Shown: piece by piece, positions 48,149-57,798 of the stretch
Layout: the number at the start of each line of letters is the position of its first letter
Position numbering within the stretch: the stretch's first letter is position 1
DNA from: an uncultured Alphaproteobacteria bacterium
Lineage (GTDB): Bacteria; Pseudomonadota; Alphaproteobacteria; Rhizobiales; Xanthobacteraceae
DNA length: 64,000 nt
NCBI GenBank assembly: GCA_963717265.1
Contig: CAVQWD010000011.1
Location: forward strand, 5,105-69,104
Reading direction: 5' to 3'
Notes under the pieces: model-generated
What the model saw: only the letters and a program-made list of their open reading frames with translations
The model's database searches: none
What the model was told of the DNA's origin: nothing
Position numbers and translations under genes: made by a program

Positions 48149-49957
48149 GTGAAAGTCTTCAGGCAGCTCTGGTATATTCTCGATCGGCGTGAGCGGATTG
48201 AGGGTCTTTTTCTGCTGGTCTTCATGACGCTCGGCGCTGGCTTGGAAACCGTAAGCATTGGTCTCGTTCTGCCATTTATCCCGATCCTCAATGATCCCAG
48301 CCTGTTGCTCAAGTACACGGCCACCCGCAAACTGGCTTTCTGGCTCGGTTTGCACCAGCCACTGCAGTTGCTGATGGCGGCGGGCTTTGGATTGATCGGC
48401 GCCTTTATCTTCAAGAGTGTTGTCTTGATAGCCTTGTCCCGATTTGAGTTCCGTTACATCTTTTCAATTCACCGCAGATTAAGCAAGCAGCTGATGGCCG
48501 GATATCTGTATGCGCCCTACACGTTCCACTTGCAACGCAACAGCGCGGAACTGATACAGGCCGCAGTCGAGAGCGTTCATCGCTTTGCATCCGCCTTTCT
48601 CATCGGTCTGGTAATGCTGCTGGGGGAATTACTGTTGGTGACGGCGCTTTCGATCCTGCTGTTGATCGTCCAACCGATGGCGACGCTTGCCGCCATAGCT
48701 ATTATTGGATTGCCGACGATCGTCATGGAGCGCGCGATGCGGCGTCGGCTCACCGTGGCCGGACAAGTTGCGAGCCAGAGTTTCGCCGCGGTGCTGCAAT
48801 GGATCGATCAGGCAATCGGCGGGATCAAGGAGACAATCGTTACCGGCCGCGCTTCATTCTTTGTCGGGCGCCAAGATTATTATCTTGGCCGTTTGACCGA
48901 GAGTATGCGAACGTTGACATATCTTTCCGGGATGCCGCGACTACTGATGGACACGGTTACCGTGATCGCCGTGGTCGCCATCGTGCTGATTATCATGATG
49001 CGCGGCCAGAATCTGCAGTCGGTATTGCCGCTTCTGACCGTCTTTGCCGTGGCGGCGATCCGGCTGTTGCCCTCGGCGAGCCGGATTACCAACTCGCTTG
49101 GGCAACTTCGCTATCATTATTCCGCCACCGAAATCGTCTATAAGGAACTGCTCGAAACACAAAGCTACCAGCCGCAGTCACAACGCGTTCGCGCTCCCGA
49201 TCTGGGGCAGCCGCCGCCTTCGCCGTTTCGGCGTTCGCTGGTATTGGAAAACGTATCATTTACCTATCCGTCAAAGTCACTGCCGGCGGTCGACGGCGTG
49301 TCGATGGAGATTGCGAAGGGTGACTGGATAGCTCTGGTTGGACTAACCGGAGCCGGCAAGACTACGCTGATCGACCTTATTCTTGGCCTGTTCACTCCGA
49401 CTTGCGGACGGATTCTCGTCGATGGCCGAGATTTGCAAGACGACATCTTGGGCTGGCAATGCAATATCGGTCTGGTGCCGCAGAGCATCTATCTGATGGA
49501 CGATACGATTCGTCGCAATGTCGCGTTCGGACTGCCCGACGAAATGATCGACGATGAACGGGTGTGGGATTCGCTGCGCGCCGCTCAGATCGACGCCTTC
49601 GTGCGTGCGCTGCCGGGCGGATTGGATGCGATGGTCGGGGAACGGGGCGACCGGATTTCGGGTGGAGAGCGTCAACGGCTGGGTATCGCGCGCGCGCTCT
49701 ATTGCAATTTCGAAGTGCTGGTAATCGATGAGGGCACGGCCCATCTTGATAACGAGACCGAGTCGAGCATCGGGCGAACGCTGAAAGAACTGCGCGGCAA
49801 GAAAACCATTGTAACCATCGCCCACCGATTGGCATTGGTCAAAGACTGCGACCGCATCTTCTTCCTGGACACCGGCCGCATCCGCGCTTGCGGCAACTAT
49901 TCTAGGCTGCTCGCGACCGACCCGGCGTTTCGCAGCCTTGCCGGCGCTTCGGGGTGA
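48149..49957 (+). CDS. ABC exporter, fused TMD-NBD half-transporter (MsbA/PglK-like)
   Basis: Six-TM N-domain, Walker A GLTGAGKTT, signature ISGGERQR, Walker B VLVIDEGT. GTG start. Confidence 0.9.
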   Translation: MKVFRQLWYILDRRERIEGLFLLVFMTLGAGLETVSIGLVLPFIPILNDPSLLLKYTATRKLAFWLGLHQPLQLLMAAGFGLIGAFIFKSVVLIALSRFEFRYIFSIHRRLSKQLMAGYLYAPYTFHLQRNSAELIQAAVESVHRFASAFLIGLVMLLGELLLVTALSILLLIVQPMATLAAIAIIGLPTIVMERAMRRRLTVAGQVASQSFAAVLQWIDQAIGGIKETIVTGRASFFVGRQDYYLGRLTESMRTLTYLSGMPRLLMDTVTVIAVVAIVLIIMMRGQNLQSVLPLLTVFAVAAIRLLPSASRITNSLGQLRYHYSATEIVYKELLETQSYQPQSQRVRAPDLGQPPPSPFRRSLVLENVSFTYPSKSLPAVDGVSMEIAKGDWIALVGLTGAGKTTLIDLILGLFTPTCGRILVDGRDLQDDILGWQCNIGLVPQSIYLMDDTIRRNVAFGLPDEMIDDERVWDSLRAAQIDAFVRALPGGLDAMVGERGDRISGGERQRLGIARALYCNFEVLVIDEGTAHLDNETESSIGRTLKELRGKKTIVTIAHRLALVKDCDRIFFLDTGRIRACGNYSRLLATDPAFRSLAGASG

Positions 49958-51232
49958 GAACATCTCCGCCGGCGGTCGTCCGCCGCGGGATTCACTCGCA
50001 CCTTAATTTCCACGTCTCGGCTGATATCTCGGCTGCTCAACAACGCCGCGTCATCGAGATGTACTGCGCATTTTGGACGACAGCCCCATGCCTCCGCCGC
50101 GACGCAGCGGGACTTGTCGAACTAAGCCAAGAGTGCTTGTATCTTCAAAGTGATTCGGCGTTATCCTCAACTGCCATGAGGCCTCCAGACTATGCCGAAT
50201 ATAGACCCGCCCGAAGTCGAATCCAACGTCCGTCCTAAATCTTCCACTGTATTCTACGATGGCGCGCTGATCGGCCCGCCAGAGTTTATCGAAGAGTTGA
50301 TCCGCAAGAAATCTGCTCTTGCCTGCAATGAAGACGGCGCTGGCCAACGCCCTGCGTCTGAGGCCGGACAGAATTCGGACGCCGGCGGGGTAGATCCGCT
50401 GCAAAGCGCCCCGTTCCGGCTGGTGGCGTGAGGGATCGTCACAACCTTTGGAATATATTATGAAAATACGCAACCTTTGTCCGAGGCATACGGCAGGCCA
50501 ACACTGTCCTTGGTGCCCGTAATCCGGAGCGGACCAGCGACCGCTCCGGCAATCCTGCCGCCGCGCGCGCTCCAGGATGCGGCGACGGAAAGGCAATTCC
50601 GGCACTTGCAGACGTTCAAGCTGGCAGAGAGACGCGATAATTCCGGCGATTCCAGCTAGGGCGCGGCCTGCTTCCAGAAAATAAATCGGCAACATCGCCA
50701 TTGGCGTTGCCAGATAGTCGTCGGCGGTGCTATCGGCTTCTGACGACGACGGGGCCGTGCGACGGACACGGTCAAGGCCGTTCGGAGGAGGACTGCACGG
50801 GGCGAGCCGCCCGCCGACGGGCTGCCGAATCCCTCCTTCAGATTTGGCTTTTTCCAGCACCTTTACCCTTGCATCCGGCAACCGCCCTCCGGTCTAACGA
50901 CAGGCGGCCGTCCGGCGTGGAATGCGTTACGCTTCGGGTTTGTCTGACGCCTCGCTTGAAGCCGGCGCTCCTTCGGCAGATCGTTGCGCGGCTATGAGTT
51001 GGACTACGCATTCGATCCATCGGTCAACATTAGACCAGCGGCGGCATCCACGTGTGCGCAACTCCCAACGTCACATCGTGTCTCACGCATTGAAATGTCT
51101 GAGAGCAGACAGCATTCCACGATTGTAAGAACGTCCGGGGGGCGTCGCCGAAATCCATATTTCGCTTGACTTGAAAGACACGCTCTGGCCACTATTTTCG
51201 GATAGAGCAGCTCAGTTTTAGGGGTATACGAA

Positions 51233-51976
51233 GTGCTGCAAAAACTGCCGACGAAGCTGCTGCGGTTGAGCGAGCTCAGGCGGTTGATGTCTGAGACGCT
51301 GGAGTTGCGACAAGCGTTTTCGGCGCTGCACGCGCAGATCCGGCTGAGCGACACTTTCCAATCGGGAAAGTCTATCCTGATAACAAGCTCACGGCCGCAG
51401 GAAGGCAAGACGACCGTTGCGACCTGCCTCGCCATCACGGCATCGCTCGCGGGCCAGCGCGCGCTCTTGATCGATGGTGATCTGCGCCGGCCGTGGATCG
51501 GCTCGGCGCTTGGACTTGCCAACGGTCTGGGCCTTAGCGACGTCTTGGACGGTCGCGCCGAACCGGCAGAAGTCGTCTACGACGTCAACCTGTTTGATGA
51601 CGGACCAGAGGCTGCGAGCCTCAGCGTCATGTCTGCTGGCTGTAAACCCGCATCGTTCCTTCCGGCGGTTGATTGGTCGAAAGCGCGCCGAGTGTTCCAG
51701 TCCATGTCAGAGCAGTTCAGCGTTATCATACTCGATACGCCGCCGGTTCTGGCTGCAAATGACGCATTGTTGCTTGCCCGCATCGTGGACGCGGTGCTCC
51801 TCGTCATCGGCGCCGGAAGAGCTGATCGCGATGAGGTGTTGCAGACGAAGCAGCTCCTGGAGCCGGCCGGCGTTCCAATCGTCGGCGCTGTGCTCAATAG
51901 CTTCGACCCGAAGGAGCACGGCAAATCGTCACAGCCTCATGGCGCCTATTACTCCGCTCATCGCCTCGAGGTCTAG
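51233..51976 (+). CDS. Stand-alone BY-kinase-type (CpsD/CapB-like) polysaccharide tyrosine autokinase ATPase
   Basis: Walker A SSRPQEGKTT, A' LLIDGDLRRP, B VIILDTPPV. GTG start after AGGGG. Confidence 0.85.
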   Translation: MLQKLPTKLLRLSELRRLMSETLELRQAFSALHAQIRLSDTFQSGKSILITSSRPQEGKTTVATCLAITASLAGQRALLIDGDLRRPWIGSALGLANGLGLSDVLDGRAEPAEVVYDVNLFDDGPEAASLSVMSAGCKPASFLPAVDWSKARRVFQSMSEQFSVIILDTPPVLAANDALLLARIVDAVLLVIGAGRADRDEVLQTKQLLEPAGVPIVGAVLNSFDPKEHGKSSQPHGAYYSAHRLEV

Positions 51977-51986
51977 GAGCGGACCG

Positions 51987-53000
51987 ATGGCGAATGCAAG
52001 GCCTGCTGGCGATATTGAGCCGGGGCGAGTCGGGATGCTGTCCATCATCATCGCCACCTATAACGCGGCCGAGCTGTTGTCGGGTTGTCTGAAATCGATA
52101 TACCAGAACCCGCCGAGCCTCGATTACGAAATCATCGTCGTCGATGACGCTTCCTACGACGGCACAAGCGAGACGGTGCGCGCTTGCTTTCCGGATGTCC
52201 GCCTTTTCACCAATACGACCAATCGGCATTATGCGAGCTCGAATAACCTGGCATTCGAACATGCTCGCGGCGAATTCCTCTACCTGCTGAACAACGATAC
52301 AGTCATGCTGCCAGGCGCACTCGACGCGATGATTGCTTTTCTACAAGCCCATCCCGAGGTGGGCGTAGTCGGCAGCACGTTGTTGAACGAAGACGGGACG
52401 ATTCAATGGTCGGTCAAATCGCTGCCCAATGTCGGCTCGGCGCTGTTCGGAGCCCGATCGATCATCTCCCGCGTATTCCGCGGCAATCGGTTTTCGCGAA
52501 GACACCTGCTGCACCTTGATCGCGACCTGTCGCAGCCACTCGTCGCCGGCTACGTTTCCAGCGCATCGATGATGATGCCGCGCCACGTCGTGCGCAAGGT
52601 CGGCGGACTCGACGAGCGGCTGTCGTATCACGTGGACGCCGACTACTGCAAAAGAGTGACCGATCTCGGCTACCAGTGCTACTACCTGCCTGACGCACGG
52701 GTGATGCATTTGAATCACAGGGGCGGCACGATGGTGACGCGAAGGCGGCGTTTCCGCTCGGTGCTCGAGTTCCACCGCGGCAGCTACATTTTTTTCCAAA
52801 AGCATCTCCGCAACAGCGCCTCAGCCTTGACGCGACTTATCGTGCCGGCTGGACTGTTCCTGCGATTCGTATGCTGCATCACGATTCAAGCGGTGATCGA
52901 GCTTTGCACGATGACGTTCGCGTTCGCCAGCAGGTTACTTGGTATCTCGACGCGGCGCGCGAGATCGGCAGCGCCGATGTCGCCCGCGATCCAGCCATGA
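51987..53000 (+). CDS. GT2-family glycosyltransferase (distinct from the downstream array)
   Basis: ATG 51987 after AGGAG. LSIIIATYNAAELL...IIVVDDASYDGT...LLNNDT. Confidence 0.85.
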   Translation: MANARPAGDIEPGRVGMLSIIIATYNAAELLSGCLKSIYQNPPSLDYEIIVVDDASYDGTSETVRACFPDVRLFTNTTNRHYASSNNLAFEHARGEFLYLLNNDTVMLPGALDAMIAFLQAHPEVGVVGSTLLNEDGTIQWSVKSLPNVGSALFGARSIISRVFRGNRFSRRHLLHLDRDLSQPLVAGYVSSASMMMPRHVVRKVGGLDERLSYHVDADYCKRVTDLGYQCYYLPDARVMHLNHRGGTMVTRRRRFRSVLEFHRGSYIFFQKHLRNSASALTRLIVPAGLFLRFVCCITIQAVIELCTMTFAFASRLLGISTRRARSAAPMSPAIQP

Positions 53001-53019
53001 CCCGTCGTCGACTAGATCG

Positions 53020-53934
53020 ATGAGAGTGCTTGCTCACGTTCATACTTTCAACGATGCCGACATCATCGAGGGGACCATTGCGTCGGTGTTGCAACAGACC
53101 CGCCCAGTGGACGGGCTCCTTCTTGTCGACAATGCCTCGACCGACGGCACACTCGACCAACCTTCCCTCAAGCATGCCACTGTCATGCGCCACTCGGAAA
53201 ATCGGGGTACCAGCGGCGCCGTCGTCACCGGCATGCGGTACGCGCTTGAGCGAGGTTACGACTGGATCTGGCTGTTTGATGCCGACAGCAATCCTGAACC
53301 AGACGCGCTGGAGAAGCTGCTGGAACTGTACGCCAGTTGGCCGCACGACGTGCAGGAAAAGGTGGGGTATATCGCCTGCCTTCCATTCGATGCAAAAGAT
53401 CACTTTCCGTATCACGCCAGCGTATTCGCTCCGCGTGGATTCATGAAGGTCACCCCGAAGCCAGATGAATACTACTATTCCTGCCATATAACGCTGTGGT
53501 CGGGGATATTGTTTCGCTTGGCGGCGGTTCGCCGTATTGGATTGCCCAATCCGGATTACGTGCTCGATTGGGGTGAATGCGAATATGCCTATCGCGTGAT
53601 GAAGGCTGGATATCAAGGCTACATGCATCAGCAGGCCTTGCTCCACCACAACACTCGCGGTAAGACGAGCATGCCTGCCCCCGAAGGCGAGCGTGGACCG
53701 GCGGAGTTCGCATTTCACAGGTTTCCGCCGATACGCTGCTATTACTTGTGCCGCAATGCCGTTTATTTTGCGCTATACGAAGAGGCAGATGGACATTTTC
53801 GTCTGGTATGCCTGGGAATGCTTGTACTGACCATGAAACTTTTCGTCCGGCCGTGGCATCACGGCAAGCAAATTAGCGCGTGCTTCCGCGGCATGTGGCA
53901 CGGGCTCACCGGAAACATCGCCGCGCGTTACTAA
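53020..53934 (+). CDS. GT2-family glycosyltransferase, tandem paralogue 1 of 5
   Basis: MRVLAHVHTFNDADIIEGTI...VDNASTDGT...WLFDADSNPEPDAL...PPIRCYY...GNIAARY-stop. Confidence 0.85.
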   Translation: MRVLAHVHTFNDADIIEGTIASVLQQTRPVDGLLLVDNASTDGTLDQPSLKHATVMRHSENRGTSGAVVTGMRYALERGYDWIWLFDADSNPEPDALEKLLELYASWPHDVQEKVGYIACLPFDAKDHFPYHASVFAPRGFMKVTPKPDEYYYSCHITLWSGILFRLAAVRRIGLPNPDYVLDWGECEYAYRVMKAGYQGYMHQQALLHHNTRGKTSMPAPEGERGPAEFAFHRFPPIRCYYLCRNAVYFALYEEADGHFRLVCLGMLVLTMKLFVRPWHHGKQISACFRGMWHGLTGNIAARY

Positions 53935-53939
53935 GACCA

Positions 53940-54863
53940 ATGCGTGTCCTTGCCCACATTCACACCTTCAATGACGCCGATATCATCGACCGAACCATCG
54001 AGGCGGTGCGGCGACAAACGCGTCCCGTGGACGGCATCCTCGTTGTCGATAACGCGTCGAGCGACGGCACACTCGATCAACCGTCGCTAAAGAATGCGAC
54101 GGTCATACGCCATTCGGAGAATCTGGGAACCAGCGGCACCGTCGTCACCGGCATGCGGTACGCGCTTGAAAGAGGCTACGATTGGATTTGGCTGTTTGAT
54201 GCCGACAGCAATCCGGAGCCGGACGCGCTGAGGAAGTTGCTTGAACTCTACGCCGGCTGGTCGCCGAAACTTCAGGCCGAGACGGGCTTTATCACCTGCG
54301 TGCGTTATAATGTCGAGAATGGGACGGCTGAATACGGTGGCCTATTCACTCCCTACGGATTAACCACAGCCACGCCGGCCGCAGACGCCCGCTGTGTGCC
54401 CTGTCACTTCAACTTCTGGTCCGGTTGCCTGTATCGTCTGGCCGTCGTGCGCGAGATCGGCCTTCCCAATGCCGACTACGTGCTCGACTGGGGTGATGGC
54501 GAATATGGTTATCGCGTGATCAAGGCCGGATACAAAGCGTTCGTTGACCGCGAAGCGGTGCTGCACCACAACATACGCGGCTATGAAACTCTGACTCCAA
54601 TCAAAGTGCGGCGCGGAGAGACCACCGTCACAATGCACGACTTCCCGCCAATTCGCTGCTACTACCAGTGCCGCAATATACTCTATTTCATGCTGTACGA
54701 CGTTGGTCAGCTGCGGATGTGGGTGCATAATCGAGCCGTGTTAGGTCCGGCGTCATTGATGTTCAGGCTGTTACAGCAGCCGAGGCGCCATGAAAAGCAT
54801 CTTCGCGCCTGCCTGCGGGGGATTTGGCACGGACTTACCGGCAATATCGCGGCGCGGTACTAG
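53940..54863 (+). CDS. GT2-family glycosyltransferase, tandem paralogue 2 of 5
   Basis: Starts 5 nt after the previous stop. Same N- and C-terminal signatures (MRVLAHIHTFNDADIIDRTIEAVRRQTRPVD...GNIAARY). Confidence 0.85.
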   Translation: MRVLAHIHTFNDADIIDRTIEAVRRQTRPVDGILVVDNASSDGTLDQPSLKNATVIRHSENLGTSGTVVTGMRYALERGYDWIWLFDADSNPEPDALRKLLELYAGWSPKLQAETGFITCVRYNVENGTAEYGGLFTPYGLTTATPAADARCVPCHFNFWSGCLYRLAVVREIGLPNADYVLDWGDGEYGYRVIKAGYKAFVDREAVLHHNIRGYETLTPIKVRRGETTVTMHDFPPIRCYYQCRNILYFMLYDVGQLRMWVHNRAVLGPASLMFRLLQQPRRHEKHLRACLRGIWHGLTGNIAARY

Positions 54864-54868
54864 CAGCG

Positions 54869-55789
54869 ATGCGCGTTCTCGCTCACATCCACACATTCAA
54901 TGACGCCGACATCATTGACCGAACGATCGAGGCGGTGCGGCGCCAAACCCGTCCTGTGGACGAGATCCTCGTTGTCGATAACGCGTCGAGCGATGGCACG
55001 CTCGATCAACCGTCGCTGAAGAATGTGACGGTCATACGCCATTCGGAGAATCTTGGAACCAGCGGCACCGTCGTCACCGGCATGCGCTACGCGCTGGAAG
55101 GAGGCTACGATTGGATCTGGCTGTTTGATGCCGACAGCAATCCGGAGCCTGACGCACTGGAGAAGTTGCTCGAACTCTATGCGGGCTGGCCGCAAAGCCT
55201 TCGCGACCAAACATGCTTCATCGCCTGCGTGCATTATAATGTCGAAGACGGGGTTGCGCAGTACGGCGGCGTATTCACCCGTTCGGGGTTTACCGAGGCG
55301 AAGCCCTCCTCCGACGCCCGCTATTTGCCCTGTCACTTCAACATCTGGTCCGGCTGCCTGTACCGTCTGGCTGCGGTGCGCGAGATCGGCCTTCCCAATG
55401 CAGACTACGTGCTCGACTGGGGCGAAGGCGAGTATGGGTATCGGGTGATGAAGGCCGGCTACAAGGCGTTCATCGACCGAGAAGCGGTACTGCACCACAA
55501 CATTCGCGGATACAGAACCCTCACTCCGGTCAAAGTACGGCGCGGAGCGGCTACCGTCACCATCTATGAATTTGCCCCGATTCGCTGCTACTATTCATGC
55601 CGTAACATACTTTATTTCATGTTATATGATGGTCGGTTGCAGCTGTCGCTACTGCCTCGCGCAGTGTTGGTTCCGGGGTCACTCCTGCTGGGGTTTTTGC
55701 GGCAGCCCAGGCAGCATGGAAAACATCTTCGCGCCTGCCTGCGAGGGATATGGCACGGACTGACCGGCAACATCGCTGCGCGGTACTAG
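54869..55789 (+). CDS. GT2-family glycosyltransferase, tandem paralogue 3 of 5
   Basis: Starts 5 nt after the previous stop. By eye roughly 80% aa identical to paralogue 2. Confidence 0.85.
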   Translation: MRVLAHIHTFNDADIIDRTIEAVRRQTRPVDEILVVDNASSDGTLDQPSLKNVTVIRHSENLGTSGTVVTGMRYALEGGYDWIWLFDADSNPEPDALEKLLELYAGWPQSLRDQTCFIACVHYNVEDGVAQYGGVFTRSGFTEAKPSSDARYLPCHFNIWSGCLYRLAAVREIGLPNADYVLDWGEGEYGYRVMKAGYKAFIDREAVLHHNIRGYRTLTPVKVRRGAATVTIYEFAPIRCYYSCRNILYFMLYDGRLQLSLLPRAVLVPGSLLLGFLRQPRQHGKHLRACLRGIWHGLTGNIAARY

Positions 55790-55794
55790 CGGCG

Positions 55795-56718
55795 ATGCGC
55801 GTTCTCGCTCATATCCACACGTTCAACGACGCGGATATCATCGATCGAACGATTGATGCAGTGCTGCGGCAGACGCATCCCGTAGACGAAATCGTGGTTG
55901 TCGACAACGCCTCCACCGATGCCACGCTGGAGCAGCGCTCGCTGCGAAATGTCACGATTCTGCGGGAGCGGGAAAATGTGGGAACGAGCGGCGCCGTTGT
56001 CAGAGGAATGCGGTATGCACTGGAGAAGAATTACGATTGGATTTGGATCCTCGACGCCGACAGTTTCGTGGAACCGGAAGCACTGGCGAAACTACTCGAA
56101 CTCTATGACGAGATACCGCGAGACATGCGGCGGCGGACCGCCTTTGTCGCCTGCCTGCCGCGCAATCTGAAGGACGGCAAACCCTATCACGGCGCCTTGT
56201 TCACGCCGCGCGGCCTTGCGTTATGCACTCCGCGACCAAACGAACGCTGCTATCCGTGCCACATCAGCATCTGGTCCGGATCGCTGTACCGCATGGCGAC
56301 TGTCCGCGAGATCGGCGTACCCAATCCGGACTATGTGCTCGACTGGGGCGAATTCGAATACGGCAATCGTGTCAAAAAGGCAGGGTACCAAGGTTTCATT
56401 GATCAGACGTCGATCCTGCGTCACAATGTTCGCGGTGCTCCGAGCCTCAACCCCGTCGACATCAGTCTCGGATTTGCCAGGGCTACGGTCTACGAGTTCC
56501 CTCCGATACGCTGCTATTACATGGCCCGCAATATGCTCTATTTCCTGCTTTACGATGCCGCGCAGGGACGGCTGGCGCTGGCGCGCCGCGTCGTTTGGAC
56601 CACCTGCAAGTTGACGGCTAATTTTTTGCTGAGGCCGCGCAACCACAAAAGGGAAATTGTCGCGTGCTTCCGCGGCATCTGGGACGGCGTCAGCGGCAAT
56701 ATCGCAGCACGGTACTAG
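55795..56718 (+). CDS. GT2-family glycosyltransferase, tandem paralogue 4 of 5
   Basis: Starts 5 nt after the previous stop. MRVLAHIHTFNDADIIDRTIDAVLRQTHPVD...ILDADS...GNIAARY. Confidence 0.85.
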   Translation: MRVLAHIHTFNDADIIDRTIDAVLRQTHPVDEIVVVDNASTDATLEQRSLRNVTILRERENVGTSGAVVRGMRYALEKNYDWIWILDADSFVEPEALAKLLELYDEIPRDMRRRTAFVACLPRNLKDGKPYHGALFTPRGLALCTPRPNERCYPCHISIWSGSLYRMATVREIGVPNPDYVLDWGEFEYGNRVKKAGYQGFIDQTSILRHNVRGAPSLNPVDISLGFARATVYEFPPIRCYYMARNMLYFLLYDAAQGRLALARRVVWTTCKLTANFLLRPRNHKREIVACFRGIWDGVSGNIAARY

Positions 56719-56811
56719 AGCAATGCACATTTCGCCCCACCTGCGTCCCCGCGCTCAGCCACCACTCGTCTGCTGGCGACACTGCAGTGGCGGACGCGCC
56801 GGTTCAATTCC

Positions 56812-57783
56812 GTGCCGAACGCCGTGAAAGTCCTTGCATACCTTCATACCTTCAACGACGCCGACGTCGTCGAGGGGACGATTGAAGCACTCTGCGCACA
56901 GACTTACCCAATTCCGGAGATTCTCCTTGTCGACAACGCTTCCACCGATGCGACCCTCGACCGGACGTTTCCGAGCAAGGTCACGATTATCAGGAACAGT
57001 TACAATCTCGGAACCAGCGGCGCGGTGGCGATCGGGATGGAGTATGCCATCGCCAATGGCTACGACTGGATCTACATTCTCGACGCCGATTCGACCCCAC
57101 AGCCGGATGCGATCGACAAACTGGTGCGCTGCTTCGAAGGCTTCAGCCCGGAATTGCAGGCAAGCACGTGGCGGCTGAGCAGCTTGCTTAAGGACAACGG
57201 CGTTGAACCCCATGAGGGCGTGATATTCACCCCGCGCGGCGTCGAGCTGGTTCGACCTCCTGCGAAGCCGTCGTATTATGCGTGCGACAGCAACATGTGG
57301 AGCGGAAGCCTTTATCGGCTCGATGTGGTGCGCAAGCTTGGGCTGCCCAATCGTGACCTTGTGCTCGACTGGGGCGACATCATCTATGGCTACGAAGGCG
57401 CGGTCCGCGGCTATACAGGGTTCGTTGAGCGATCGAGCGTCGTCACCCACCATCTGCACCCGTTCGAGACCCTGCACATTCGCCGCTTCGGCTTGCGTTC
57501 GGTCAAGATGGCCTATTCACCGCCGATGCGCTGCTATTATCATTGGCGCAACAGCATTTATTTCTGGCTTTACGTCTACCGCGGCAACAGGTTTGGTCCA
57601 GCGACCATCAGCCAATTCACGATGTTTCTCAAATGGTCGATCAAGGCGGTGCTGTTCCTAAAGAAGCCGTGGCCGATCCTGCAGGCTTGTTTTCGCGGCC
57701 TCTGGGACGGCATCCACGCCCGTCTGGAGAATCGCTACGGCTCGACGGTTCCGCCGCCCCTGCCGCCGTCCGCCGAACGCTGA
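56812..57783 (+). CDS. GT2-family glycosyltransferase, tandem paralogue 5 of 5 (most divergent)
   Basis: VKVLAYLHTFNDADVVEGTIEAL...VDNASTDAT...ILDADSTPQPDAI...PPMRCYY. By analogy the start may be GTG 56824 rather than 56812. Confidence 0.8.
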   Translation: MPNAVKVLAYLHTFNDADVVEGTIEALCAQTYPIPEILLVDNASTDATLDRTFPSKVTIIRNSYNLGTSGAVAIGMEYAIANGYDWIYILDADSTPQPDAIDKLVRCFEGFSPELQASTWRLSSLLKDNGVEPHEGVIFTPRGVELVRPPAKPSYYACDSNMWSGSLYRLDVVRKLGLPNRDLVLDWGDIIYGYEGAVRGYTGFVERSSVVTHHLHPFETLHIRRFGLRSVKMAYSPPMRCYYHWRNSIYFWLYVYRGNRFGPATISQFTMFLKWSIKAVLFLKKPWPILQACFRGLWDGIHARLENRYGSTVPPPLPPSAER

Positions 57784-57798
57784 GAGCAGTAGGCGTCG

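Noticed and set aside
50051-50881. 276-aa minus-strand ORF in the island gap
   Set aside because: Not listed as a feature. It has no RBS and no family match by eye, and an equally plausible overlapping plus-strand ORF exists. It is kept only as part of the 'unassigned segment' finding.
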